DNA from: Nitrospirales bacterium
GTDB taxonomy: Bacteria > Nitrospirota > Nitrospiria > Nitrospirales > UBA8639
Reading direction: 5' to 3'
Length of the DNA stretch: 64,000 nucleotides
NCBI GenBank assembly: GCA_965203295.1
Contig: CBDBCZ010000015.1
Span: 832,001 to 896,000 of the forward strand
The notes beneath the pieces are model-generated. The model made no database searches. It was not told the DNA's origin and saw only the letters and a program-made list of their open reading frames with translations. This document shows, piece by piece, positions 39,131 through 53,000 of this stretch; the stretch's first letter is position 1; each line of letters begins with the position of its first letter. The position numbers and the translations under genes were made by a program.

Positions 39131-39436
39131 CCAGCTAATTGCTCCACAGTTTGTAGAACAGACTATCACAGTTGCCCAGCAACCCTCATGTACCCTAGGG
39201 TATATGGATGCGCATACCCTGGCTTGAAAGGCACTGCCAAAGTAGATGGGGTTTGTACACTGTGGTGGTGCCTTCCAAGTGACTAGAACTATGCAAATGT
39301 AGGTCTGTTGCTTTGCAGCTTGTGTGTATCCCAATGTAGCCCAGCAAAAGCTTAGAGTAACACTGGAACTCTTGAAAGACCACCTCTATGGGTGACTTGT
39401 TGGTTTATAATTACTAAACAACATACTCATGTATTA

Positions 39437-39951
39437 AAATGCACACATACATCGTGTGGAAGTTATTAAATTGTGCGTTTGACCAGTCGTCTGTTTGATT
39501 CAAAAACTGCGAACTAGACATTTCTCTATACCCTTGTCACTTTCTTTGTACGGTATATGCTCTTGTTTGTTCCGCTCTTAGCATGTAGCTGTAATCATGT
39601 GGCAACTGACTTGTTTAGCTCAGTTTCTCTTTGTAAATGTATGTACATACCCTCTTATGACCATACATATTCACTAGCGCATCACAGAACCTTAAGTTTG
39701 AATGCTCAAAAGGTGTTCTTAAAAGTAATAAAACGGGAGGTAATGATGGACTAGTTGGGGAGTTTTTTAAAGTACGGGGAGAAAAGAATGGCTAATCTGT
39801 TGATAGTCTTATATGAGGTAGTTTGGATAAGGGAGAGTATTTCCAAACATCAGAGACAAGGGTTGATTATTAGCTTTTATAGAAAGGTGATGCTGAGGAC
39901 CCAGGTAATTCCAGAGGCATTACACTATTGAATGTGGTCGGAAAGCTATTT
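39437..39951 (+). mobile_element. Decayed LINE reverse-transcriptase fragment plus flank; second copy at ~42074-43080
   Basis: Broken frames read LVGE.(F/L)KYG...MANLL and KGDAEDPGNSRGITLLNVVGKLF (start of a non-LTR RT). About 130 bp of upstream flank is nearly identical in both copies. Confidence 0.75.
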
Positions 39952-40116
39952 TGACCCTAGCGATATTAGGACAAGTTATGCATGTAATGCATAGGCATAG
40001 GAGATGGCTGACTCAGCCAAGCAGATCAGCTCCGTTTATATTCCTTATCAGGAAAGTCACAAATGTCTATCGCTAATTGCTGCTATTGTTACTGCTAACT
40101 GCAGCACTTATCTTGA

Positions 40117-40265
40117 ACTAGGCAGTGTGTACAGTAGCTGTGTCTTCACATTGTACAGGTGGAACTATTGACTCCTTCCCAGCATATTTGACTAGGCAGT
40201 GTGTACAGTAGCTGTGTTTCACATTGTACAGGTGGAACTATTGACTCCTTCCCAGCATATTTGAC
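40117..40265. repeat. Near-perfect tandem duplication, 2 x ~74 bp
   Basis: ACTAGGCAGTGTGTACAGTAGCTGTGT...ACTCCTTCCCAGCATATTTG occurs twice. Confidence 0.9.
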
Positions 40266-42582
40266 GATACCCCCAATATCCCAGCTTGACCCAGGGAGTT
40301 GTGCATTGGTGTGGAATGGGTGGGTGAGAACATCAACGTAATAGTACGTAGTTGATGGCTTGTGAATGATGAACTGCATAATAAACCACGCAGGATGATA
40401 TTCTTCTTGAAGTTCAGATCCAGAACACCACTACAGGTCCAATGTACTCAGAAGTTGTAAAGTTTGACCCTGCTGCGGGCTTTGAAGCTGTTAATCTCAA
40501 CAAGCTTGAAAATAAAGAGGAAGAGTAAGTCCATTTGAAATGTAAAAATAAAGCACACCAGTTTGTTCGTAGGTGCAATAGTATACAATGTACGTAGTTG
40601 GCTAAACACTTTCACAGAATCAGGTATTGGATTCCTGGTAGCTAGTGTCGACCAGCAGCTGAGAACAATGCTGGATCATAACTCACAGTTAGCTGAAACT
40701 TGGAATTAACAGGTGTCACTTTATTGAACCAATAAGTGGGTAACTGGGTCTGAAGGAATCTCTATCAAACAGCTGCTGATCCGTGGTAATGACAATACCA
40801 ATATCTGTCAACAGCATGAGTGCATTTAATAGTTTATATATATATAAATGCACTCTTGGAAAACAGTCATGTTGATGTGCAATCACAGAGGTAGTTGGAC
40901 ATGTAGTGCAATGATGATCTTGTCATTATCAATAACCACTGGGGAACCTTAGCCTACCCTGGCAACTGGGCTGGAGAAAATTAGTGTGTCTGGCTTCAGT
41001 GTCTGGCAGTTGGGTGTTGCTAACTTTTGGGTTGACTTAGGAAATCATGTTTATCAGTAGTTTTTCTATTGTAATTGAAGGATTAGGAGACCAGAGAAAA
41101 GCTAAACTACAGTAGAGCCTTAGTTCACTTTTAATTCATGGAGGCTTTCCTGGTGTGAGTCAAATTAAGAGCTGTATGTAGCTGCTGGTCAGCTCTAGGT
41201 GCTACACACACCATCACCGCACTCACAAAGCCCAAATAGCTGTCAGTGTTTCAGTTCTTTGTACTTTACTTATGATAGTATGTTTGTATACTTACAGAGC
41301 ATTGGCCCTATTACATTCGTGGACATGCTTTCAAATCAGAAGAAATGCATTAGTAGGATTGGACAGGTATTTGTAGGACACTTACCAAATGGTACTTTGA
41401 CACAAGTCTTTTTGCATCTTACCTCCTAGTTATATTTGTTTGTTCACACAGTTGTGTAAACAAGTGTACATTTGTCATGGAAGTAGATTGAGTGTCACCT
41501 GTGCATGGGCTGTGGGGCATGGGTGGGGTGGGGTGACAACTTGCTCTGGCCTACACTTGTACTTTTCTTGTCTCTGTTGAGGGCACGTGGTAACTTCAGT
41601 GGTAGTCACAGAATCAAACCCATTACTTTCAGTATCAGCATGGCATGTGGAAGAGTGTCAGCATCAGGCTATCAGCACATGTCTCTTCCACATGCCAATA
41701 CTGTAAGTGATGGATGCTGTAGAATGTAAGTGGGCTGGCTTGTGAAACTGCTTTAGTGAACCAGACGCTATGAATATTCCACAGTTGTACAATATTCCAC
41801 AGTTGTACATTTTCAATTGCAAGGCCTTTCATATAAGAAACACTCCTTTGCCCATTACAATCTGTTACACAATAAAGTTTTGAGCTTTGCAAACCTCTAC
41901 CACGCAGGTCAGTGCTATTTCAAATTTCTATACTGACATAAATGCAGTCTGTTGCAGTCAGGAAACTACATCAAACTGGCGTGTGAGTGGCATGATTGTG
42001 TAGCTACTGTTGTAGGGTTAAGGTGCCCCTCCTGTTTCCATAAACTTGGCATGATATAATTATTGATCTATTAAAATGCACAAATAGATCTATAGTGTGG
42101 AAGTTATTAAAGTGTACTTTGACCAGTCGTCTGTTTGATTCAAAAACTGCGAACTAGACATTTCACTATACCCTTGTCACTTTCTTTGTACGTATATGCT
42201 CTTGTTTGTCCAGCTCTTAGCACAATGGTATTATCGTTGGTAGTACGGGGACATACACCTCTCATGCTCAAATCAACCCTTCAGGGTTATTGACGTTAAT
42301 TGACCGTAGTAATGGTATAGACGCACAAATAACAGATATTCCTTCAGGATCATTTATGTTCATTGACAGATATTCAACGCGAGTTAGTAGGTACATATGC
42401 AGAACTCAAAAGATATGTTCTAAAAGTCTAAAGAATAAAAAGCAGAAGGTAATGATGGGCTAGTTGGGGAGCTTTTTAAGTATGGTGGCAAAGGAATGGC
42501 TAATCTGTTGAAAGTTTATATGAAGTAGTTTGGACAGAGGAGAGTATTCCGCAGACAAGGGTCAATTGTTAGCTTGTATAGA

Positions 42583-43016
42583 CAAGTCTGACATTTCATG
42601 TCTAAAAACTAGCCGGGAACCTTTCCCACCTTTCCCATACAATACACAACTCAGCTTAGGCCAAAGTAACTGCAACTGTAGAACTACAAATTATAGTAAC
42701 TATGCTGAGCTGCAGAAACTAAGCAATCTACGTAACTCTGTACAGCGAAAGTGCTGAGTCGTCAGTTTCGTTGTGTGCTTCCAGTTAGTAGCTATATGTC
42801 GCGAAAACAGAATCTTTACGGCTTCCTACCACGTTTTCGCCATCTAGGCAGCACACAACAACCTTCATTTGCTGTAGCTATACACGGCAGTTGCATAGTA
42901 ACGTATGACGTAATATACTGCGCACATGGTAAGTGCGAACGCAACAACAGACGCGAAAAGCGTGAAGCAATCTTAGGACCAGCCGTTCACGTGCTGCACG
43001 CGCTCCGGCTGGTAAA
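42583..43016 (-). mobile_element. Helentron-like (HINE) family-2 copy inserted into the duplicated LINE fragment
   Basis: It is collinear with 24479-24896. The empty site at ~39878-39900 shows insertion in an A-run (TT on the element strand) without a TSD. Confidence 0.85.
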
Positions 43017-43235
43017 AAGGTGCTGAGGACCCGGGTAATTACAGAGGCATTGCATGCACTATTGAATGTGGTAGATTTTGCAAGATTGTAAGTAGGATGT
43101 GGAGAGATAATTATTAAGACAATGTATGACATCGCACAGAGTGCTGTTTTACTGGAGGGATTAAAATCCAAATCATTCAATATAGGTCGTGTGGTACGGG
43201 GTTGTAATATGTCTCCTATCCTGCATGTATTTTCC

Positions 43236-43507
43236 AATCAGGCTGCATACTTGCCTTGTGCACGAAGCAAACACTCTGAGCCAGTGCTGGCAAACTCCTG
43301 GAGCTGATACGTGAGAGCATTCAGTTGAATTTGCACCCCAGCAAATGCTAGGTACCCATTACAGCTGGGTGGGCTGGTGTGTACTGGAAACATAAGATGG
43401 TAATTCACAACAATTGAACGAATATTTAGTCGCCAGTAGTCACGGTGGGATTCAAACCACCAACCCTTGGGTTGTGAGTCCAGTGCTCTAACTACTACAC
43501 CACCGCG
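43236..43507 (-). mobile_element. tRNA-derived SINE
   Basis: On the minus strand: A box TGGTGTAGTAGTTAG, B box GGTTTGAATCC, then a body with CCCACCCAGCTGTAATGGGTACC, which resembles the central conserved motif of CORE/Meta-type SINEs. The 3' limit is approximate. Confidence 0.8.
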
Positions 43508-43601
<94 letters not shown>

Positions 43602-44060
43602 CAGCATACAGTTATGCGGCTGACAAAGCCGTCTCTAATGACGTCGGTTCCAGTGCTGGGAGAGCCATGGAGCATACTGGGTGAGTACAGTCAGTATATT
43701 TGATACTCATTGTATAATGAACCCATTCCAGTATTTCTGACGCAATGAATTTTGAGATGTCAGGGGTTGAAAACAGGCCAATTAAATTCAATCCATTAAA
43801 TTTTAGCAGGCTAAGTGACTTAATTGCTTAAAGTAAAGAGGCTGTGGTTTTGATAGTTAACTGCTCTAGTAATTTCTACTATGACTGACACTAACTGTAT
43901 GGTAAAGTACAATTGTGATATGCAGCCATTTATCATGGAGTACGGTAGTACTCCATATGTAGGGATGGCACGGGAAAAAAATGGCGGCCCCATATCACGC
44001 GTACAAAATCATACTTTCAGAACTCGGCTCTGATTATAGTCATAGGCTTTTATGAGCCAT

Positions 44061-47000
44061 ACCATTAACCCTTCCCAACTGTTTAGGAAAAGAACTGGTT
44101 ATGCAAAGGCTTGTTTAGTTTGAATGATGTTAGTCAGATACAATACATGCTTAGGAAGTATCGATGTTCAAGAAAGGAACTGGTTATTCAAAGGCCGGTT
44201 TAGTTTGGTTGATGTTAGTCTGAAGATTAGGAAAGAAGAATTTACTCAAAAATTGTTTGTTTTTTTAATCTCTGGCAAAGACTTTAAGCCAAAGTAACTA
44301 GCTACCATTGATCTGACCCTTCCCAACTGTTTAGGAAACGAACTGGTTATTCAAAGGCTAGTTTAGTTTGAATGATGTTAGTCTGAAGATTAGGAAAGAA
44401 GGATTTTATTGAAAATTGTTAGTTTTGTTGGTCTCTAGCAAAGACTTTAAGCCAAAGTAACTAGCTACCATTTATCTGACCCTTCCCAACTGTTTAGAAA
44501 AACAACTGGTTATTCAAAGGCCTGTTTAGCTTGAATGATGTTAGTCAGATACAATACACGCTTAGGAAGTATCGATGTTCAAGAAAGAAACTGGTTATTC
44601 AAAGGCTTGTTTAGTTTTCTTGATGTTAGTCTGAAGATTAGGAAAGGAGGATTTTATAGAAAATTGTTAGTTTTGTTGGTCTCAGGCAAAGACTTTCAGC
44701 CAAAGTAACTAGCTACCATTGATCTGACCCTTCCTAACTGTTTAGGAAAAGAACTGGTTATTCAAAGGCTTGTTTAGTTTGAATGATGTTAGTCTGAAGA
44801 TTAGGAAAGAAGGATTTTATTGAAAATTGTTAGTTTTGTTGGTCTCTAGCAAAGACTTTGAGCCAAAGTAACTAGCTACCATTGATCTGACCCTTCCCAA
44901 CTGTTTAGGAAAAGAACTGGTTATTCAAAGGCTTGATTAGTTTTAATGATGTTAGTCGGATACAATACATGTTTAGGAAGTATCGATGTTCAAGAAAGGA
45001 ACTGGTTATTCAAAGGCTTGTTTAGTTTGGTTGATGTTAGTCTGAAGTTTAGGAAAGAAGGATTTTATTGAAAATTGTTAGTTTTGTTGGTCTCTAGCAA
45101 TGACTTTAAGTCGAAGTAACTAGCTACCATTGATCTGACCCTTCCCAACTGTTTAGAAAAAGAACTGGTTATTCAAATGCCTGTTTAGTTTTGTTGATTT
45201 TAGCCTGAAGATTAGTAAAGAAGGATTTTATTGAAAATCGTTAGTTTTGTTGGTCTCTAGCAAAGACTTCGAGCCAAAGTAACTAGCTACCATTGATCTG
45301 ACCCTTCCCAACTGTTTAGGAAAAGAACTTGTTATTCAAAGGCTTCTTTAGTTTGAATGATGTTAGTCAGATACAATACATTCTTAGGAAGTATCGATGT
45401 TCAAAAAAGGAACTGGTTATTCAAAGGCTTGTTTAGTTTGCTTGATGTTGTCTACAGATTATAGGAAAGAAGTATTTTATAGAAAATCGTTAGTTTTGTT
45501 GGTCTCTAGCTAAGATTTTGAGCCAAAGTAACTAGCTACCATTGATCTGTCCCTTCCCAACTGTTTATGAAAAGAACCGGTTATTCAAAGGCTTGATTAG
45601 TTTTAATGATGTTAGTCGGATACAATACATGTTTAGGAAGTGTCGATGTTCAAGAAAGGAACTGGTTATTCAAAGGCTTGTTTAGTTTGAATGATGTTAG
45701 TCAGAAAGAAGGATTTTATTGAAAATTGTTAGTTTTTTTGGTCTCAGGCAAAGACTTTCAGCGAAAGTAACTGACTACCATTGATCTGACCCTTCCCAAC
45801 TGTTTTGGAAAAGAACTGGTTATTCAAAGGCTTGTTTAGTTTGAATTATGTTAGTCAGATACAATACACGCTTAGGAAGTATCGATGTTCAAGAAAGGAA
45901 CTGGTTATTCAAAGGCTTGTTTAGTTTGGTTGATGTTAGTCTGAATATTAGGAAAGAAGGATTTTATTGAAAATCGTTAGTTTTGTTGGTCTCTAGCAAA
46001 GACTTTGAGCCAAAGTAACTAGCTACCATTGATCTGACCCTTCCCAACTGTTTAGGAAAAGAACTGGTTATTCAAAGGCTTGATTAGTTTTAATGATGTT
46101 AGTCGGATACAATACATGTTTAGGAAGTATCGATGTTCAAGAAAGGAACTGGTTATTCAGAGGCTTGTTTAGTTTGGTTGATGTTAGTCTGAAGATTAGG
46201 AAAGAAGGATTTTATTGAAAATTGTTAGTTTTGTTGGTCTCTAGCAATGACTTTAAGTCGAAGTAACTAGCTACCATTGATCTGTCCCTTCCCAACTGTT
46301 TACAAAAAGAACTGGTTATTCAAATGCCTGTTTAGTTTTGTTGATTTTAGCCTGAAGATTAGTAAAGAAGGATTTTATTGAAAATCGTTAGTTTTGTTGG
46401 TCTCTAGCAAAGACTTCGAGCCAAAGTAACTAGCTACCATTGATCTGACCCTTCCCAACTGTTTAGGAAAAGAACTTGTTATTCAAAGGCTTCTTTAGTT
46501 TGAATGATGTTAGTCAGATACAATACATTCTTAGGAAGTATCGATGTTCAAAAAAGGAACTGGTTATTCAAAGGCTTGTTTAGTTTGCTCGATGTTGTCT
46601 ACAGATTATAGGAAAGAAGTATTTTATAGAAAATCGTTAGTTTTGTTGGTCTCTAGCTAAGATTTTGAGCCAAAGTAACTAGCTACCATTGATCTGTCCC
46701 TTCCCAACTGTTTATGAAAAGAACTGGTTATTCAAAGGCTTGATTAGTTTTAATGATGTTAGTCGGATACAATACATGTTTAGGAAGTGTCGATGTTCAA
46801 GAAAGGAACTGGTTATTCAAAGGCTTGTTTAGTTTGAATGATGTTAGTCAGAAAGAAGGATTTTATTGAAAATTGTTAGTTTTGTTGGTCAAATACAATA
46901 CATGCTTAGGAAGTATCGATGTTCAAGAAAGGAACTGGTTATTCAAAGGCCGGTTTAGTTTGGTTGATGTTAGTCTGAAGATTAGGAAAGAAGAATTTTA

Positions 47001-50000
47001 CTCAAAAATTGTTATTTTTTTCGTCTCTGGCAAAGACTTTAAGCCAAAGTAACTAGCTACCATTGATCTGACCCTTCCCAACTGTTTAGGAAACGAACTG
47101 GTTATTCAAAGGCTAGTTTAGTTTGAATGATGTTAGTCAAATACGATACATCCTTAGGAAGTATCGATGTTCAAAAAAGGAACTGGTTATTCAAAGGCTT
47201 GTTTAGTTTGGTTGATGTTAGTCTGCAGATTAGAAAAGAAGGATTTTATTTAAAATTGTTAGTTTTGTTGGTCTCTAGCAAAGACTTTAAGCCAAAGTAA
47301 CTAGCTACCATTGATTAGGAAAGAAGGATTTTATTGAAAATTGTTAGTTTTGTTGGTCTCTAGCAAAGACTTTAAGCCAAAGTAACTAGCTACCATAGAT
47401 CTGACCCTTCCCAACTGTTTAGAAAAAGAGCTGGTTATTCAAAGGCTAGTTTGATTTGAATGATGTTAGTCAAATACAATAATCCTTAGGAAGTATCGAT
47501 GTTCAAGAAAGGAATTGGTTATTCAAAAGCTTGTTTAGTTTGGTTGATGTTTGTCTGAAGATTACGAAAAAAGGATTTTACTCAAAAATTGTTAATTTTG
47601 TTGGTCTCTGGCAAAGACTTTAAGCCAAGGTAACTAGCTACCATTTGTCTGAACCTTCCCAACAGTCTTGGAAAGTAACTGGTTTAAGATTCAATCATTT
47701 GTTTAGTTTAAATGATGTTTGTCAGATACAATACATACATGCTTTGAAAGTAAGGGTTTTCACTAATAATTGGTACAATTTTAGCTTTATTGGTCTCAGG
47801 AAACTTTCAGTCAAAACAACTAGCTACCATTGATCTGACCCTTCCTAACTGTCTACGTAGAGAACTGGTTTAAGATTCAATAGCTTGTTTAGTTTGAATG
47901 ATGTTAGTCAGATACAATACATACTTAGGAAGTAAGGGTTTTGACTGAAAATTATCAGTTTTATTGGTCTCAGGCAAAGACTTTCAGCCAAACTAAGTAG
48001 CTACCATTGATCTGACTTTTCCCAAGTGTCTAGGAAAGAAATTGGTGTAAGATTTAATAGGTTGTTTAGTTTGAATGGTGTTAGTCGGATACAATACATG
48101 TTTAGGAAGTATCGATGTTCAAGAAAGGAACTGGTTATTCAAAGGCTTGTTTAGTTTAGTTGATGTTAGTCTGAAGATTAGGAAAGAAGGATTTTATTGA
48201 AAATTGTTAGTTTTGTTTGTCTCAGGTAAAGACTTTCAGCCAAAGTATCTAGCTACCATTGATCTGACCCCTCCCAACTGTCTTGGAATGGAACTGGTTT
48301 ATGATTCAATCATTTGTTTAGTTTAAATGATGTTTGTCAGATGCAATACATACATGCTTAGAAGGTAAGGGTTTTCACTAATAATTGGTACAATTTTAGC
48401 TTTATTGGTCTCAGGAAACTTTCAGTCAAAACAACTAGCTACCATTGATCTGACCCTTCCCAACTGTCTAGGAAAGAAATTGGTTTAAGATTTAATATCT
48501 TGTTTAGTTTGAATGATGTTAGTTGGATACAATACATGCTTAGGAAGTATCGATGTTCAAAACCGGAACTGGTTATTCAAAGGCTTGTTTAGTTTGGTTG
48601 ATGTTAGTCTGAAGATTAGGAAAGAAGGATTTCATTGAAAATTGTTAGATTTGTTGGTCTCTGGAAAAGACTTTAAGCCAAAGTCACTAGCTACCATTGA
48701 TCTGACCCTTCCCAACTGTTTAGAAAAAGAACTGGTTATTCGAAGGCTTGTTTAGTTTGGTTGATGTTAGTCTTCAGATTAGAAAAGAAAGATTTTATTT
48801 AAAATTGTTAGTTTTGTTGGTCTCTAGCAAAGATTTTAAGCCAAAGTAACTAGCTACCATTGATCTGACCCTTCCCAACTGTTTAGGAAAAGAACTTGTT
48901 ATTCAAAGGCTTGTTTAGTTTGAATGATGTTAGTGAAATACAATACATCCTTAGGATGTATCGATGTTCAAGAAAGGAACTGGTTATTCAAAGGCTTGTT
49001 TAGTTTAGTTGATGTTAGTCTGAAGATTAGGAAAGGAGGATTTTATTGAAAATTGTTAGTTTGTTGGTCTCAGGTAAAGACTTTCAGCCAAAGTATCTAG
49101 CTACCATTGATCTGACCCCTCCCAACTGTCTTGGAAAGGAACTGGTTTATGATTCAATCATTTGTTTAGTTTAAATGATGTTTGTCAGATACAATACATA
49201 CATGCTTAGAAAGTAAGGGTTTTCACTAATAATTGGTACAATTTTAGCTTTATTGGTCTCGGGAAACTTTCAGTCAAAACAACTAGCTACCATTGGTCTG
49301 ACCCTTCCCAACTGTCTAGGAAAGTAATTGGTTTAAGATTTAATAGCTTGTTTAGTTTGAATGAAGTTAGTCGGATACAATACATGCTTAGGAAGTATCG
49401 ATGTTCAAGACCGGAACTGCATGGTTATTCAAAGGCTTGTTTAGTTTGGTTGATGTTAGTCTGAAGATTTGGAAAGAAGGATTTCATTGAAAATTTTTAG
49501 ATTTGTTTGTCTCTGGCAAAGACTTTAAGGCAAAGTCAGTAGCTACCATTGATCTGACCCTTCCCAACTGTTTAGAAAAAGAACTGGTTATTCAAAGGCT
49601 TGTTTAGTTTGAATGATGTTAGTCTGAAGATTAGGAAAGAAGGATTTTATTGAAAATTGTTTGTTTTGTTGGTCTCTAGCAAAGACTTTAAGCCAAAGTA
49701 ACTAGCTACCATTTATCTGACCCTTCCCAACTGTTTAGAAAATGAACTGGTTATTCAAAGGCCTGTTTAGTTTGAATGATGTTTGTCAGATACAATACAC
49801 GCTTAGGAAGTATCGATGTTCAAGAAAGGAACTGGTTTTTCAAAGGCTTATTTAGTTTGGTTGATGTTAGTCTGAAGATTAGGAAAGAAGGATTTTATTG
49901 AAAATTGTTTAGTTTGAAGATTAGGAAAGAAGAATTTTATTGAAAATTGTTAGTTTTGTTGGTCTCAGGCAAAGACTTTCAGCAAAAGTAAGTTGAATAG

Positions 50001-53000
50001 GAAAGAAGAATTTTATTGAAAATTGTTAGTTTTGTTGGTCTCAGGCAAAGACTTTCAGCAAAAGTAACTAACTACCATTGATCTGACCCTTCCTAACTGT
50101 TTAGGAAAAGAACTGGTTATTCAAAGGCTTGTTTAGTTTGAATGATGTTAGTCTGAAGATTAGGAAAGAAGGATTTTATTGAAAATTGTTAGTATTATTG
50201 GTCTCAGGCAAAGACTTTCAGCCAAAGTACCTGGCTACCATTGATCTGACCCTTCCCAACTGTTTAGGAAAAGAACTGGTTATTCAAAGGCTTGATTAGT
50301 TTTAATGATGTTAGTCGGATACAATACATGTTTAGGAAGTGTCGATGTTCAAGAAAGGAACTGGTTATTCAAAGGCTTGCTTAGTTTGGTTGATGTTAGT
50401 CTGAAGATTAGGAAAGAAGGATTTTATTGTAAATATTTTGTTTTGTTGGTCTCAGGCAAAGACTTTCAGCAAAAGTAACTAGCTACCATTGATCTGACCC
50501 TTCCTAACTATTCAGGAAAAGAACTGGTTATTCAAAGACTTGTTTAGTTTGAATGATGTTAGTCTGAAGATTAGGAAAGAAGGATTTTATTGAAAATTGT
50601 TAGTTTTGTTAGTCTCTAGCAAAGACTTTAAGCCAAAGTAACTAGCTACCATTTATCTGACCCTTCCCAACTGTTTAGAAAAAGAACTGGTTATTCAAAG
50701 GCCTGTTTAGTTTTGTTGATGTTAGCCTGAAGATTAGGAAAGAAGGATTTTATTGAAAATTGTTAGTTTTGTTGGTCTCTTGCAATCACTTTAATTAAGC
50801 CAAAGTTACTAGCTACAATTGATCTGACCTTTCCGAACTATTTAGAAAAAGTGCTGGTTATTCAAAGGCTTGTTTTGTTTGAATGATATTAGTCAGATAC
50901 AATACATGCTTAGGAAGTATCAATATTCAAGAAAGGAACTGATTATTCAAAGGCTTGTTTAGTTTGGTTGATGTTTGTCTGAAGATTAGGAAAGGAGGAT
51001 TTTATTGAAAATCGTTAGTTTTGTTGGTCTCTAGCAAAGACTTTAAGCCAAAGTAACTTGCTACCATTTATCTGACCCTTCCCAACTGTTTAGAAAAAGA
51101 GCTGGTTATTCAAAGGCTTGTTCTGTTTGAATGATATTAGTCAGATGCAATACATGCTTAGGAAGTATCAATATTCAAGAAAGGAACTGGTTATTCAAAG
51201 GCTTGTTTAGTTTGGTTGATGTTAGTCTGAAGATTAGGAAAGAAGGATTTTATTGAAAATTGTTAGTTTCGTTGGTCTCAGGCAAAGACTTTCAGCCAAA
51301 GTAACTGGCTACCATTCATCTGACCCTTCCCAACTGTTTAGCAAAACAACTGGTTATACAAAGGATTGTTTAGTTTGAATGATGTTAGTCCGATACAATA
51401 CATGCTTAGGAAGTATCGATGTTCAAGAAAGGAACTGGTTATTCAAAGGCTTGTTTAGTTTGCTTGATGTTAGTCTGCAGATTAGGAAAGAAGTATTTTA
51501 TAGAAAATCATTAGTTTTGTTGGTCTCTAGCAAAGACTTTGAGCCAAAGTAACTAGCTACCATTGATCTGACCCTTCCCAACTGTTTAGGAAAAGAACCT
51601 GTTATTCAAAGGCTTGATTAGTTTTAATGATGTTAGTCGGATACAATACATGTTTAGGAAGTGTCGATGTTCAAGAAAGGAACTGGTTATTCAAAGGCTT
51701 GTTTAGTTCGGTTGATGTTAGTCTTAAGATTAGGAAAGAAGAATTTTATTGAAAATTGTTAGTTTTGTTGGTCTCAGGCAAAGACTTTCAGCAAAAGTAA
51801 CTAGCTACCATTGATCTGACCCTTCCTAACTTTCTACGTAGAGAACTGGTTTAAGATTCAATAGCTTGTTTAGTTTGAATGATGTTAGTCAGATACAATA
51901 CATACTTAGGAAGTAAGGGTTTTGACTGAAAATTATCAGTTTAATTGGTCTCAGGCAAAGACTTTCAGCCAAACTAAGTAGCTACCATTGATCTGACCCT
52001 TCCAAAGTGTCTAGGAAAGAAATTGGTGTAAGATTTAATAGGTTGTTTAGTTTGAATGATGTTAGTCGGATACAATACATGTTTAGGAAGTATCGATGTT
52101 CAAGAAAGAAACTGGTTTTTCAAAGCTTATTTAGTTTAGTTGATGTTAGTCTGAAGATTAGGAAAGGAGGATTTTATTGAAAATTGTTAGTTTTGTTGGT
52201 CTCAGGTAAAGACTTTCAGCCAAAGTATCTAGCTACCATTTATCTGACCCCTCCCAACTGTCTTGGAAAGGAACTGGTTTGTGATTCAATCATTTGTTTA
52301 GTTTAAATGATGTTTGTCAGATACAATACATACATGCTTAGAAAGTAAGGGTTTTCACTAATAATTGGTACAATTTTAGCTTTATTGGTCTCAGGAAACT
52401 TTCAGTCAAAACAACTAGCTACCATTGATCTGACCCTTCCCAACTGTCTAGGAAAGAAATTGTTTTAAGATTTTATAGCTTTTTTAGTTTGAATGATGTT
52501 AGTCGGATACAATGCATGCTTAGGAAGTATCGATGTTCAAGACCAGAACTGGTTATTCAAAGGCTTGTTTAGTTTGGTTGATGTTAGTCTGAAGATTAGG
52601 AAAGAAGGATTTCATTGAAAATTGTTAGATTTGTTGGTCTCTGGCAAAGACTTTAAGCCAAAGTCACTAGCTACCATTGATCTGACTCTTCCCAACTGTT
52701 TAAAAAAGAACTGGTTATTCAAAGGCTTGTTTAGTTTGAATGATGTTAGTCAGATACAATACACGCTTATGAAGTATCGATGTTCAAGAAAGGAACTTGT
52801 TATTCAAGGGCTTGTTTAGTTTCGTTGATGATAGTCTGAAGATTAGGAAAGAAGAATTTTAATGAAAATTATTAGTTTTGTTGGTCTCTAGCAAAGACTT
52901 TAAGCCAAAGTTACTAGCTACCTTTAATCTGACCCTTCCCAACTGTTTAGAAAAAGAGCTGGTTATTCAAAAGCTTTTTAAGTTTGAATGATGTTAGTCT

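Noticed and set aside
43436..43507. tRNA gene
   Set aside because: A and B boxes are present, but it continues into a SINE-like body with no Pol III terminator, so I annotated it as a SINE head.
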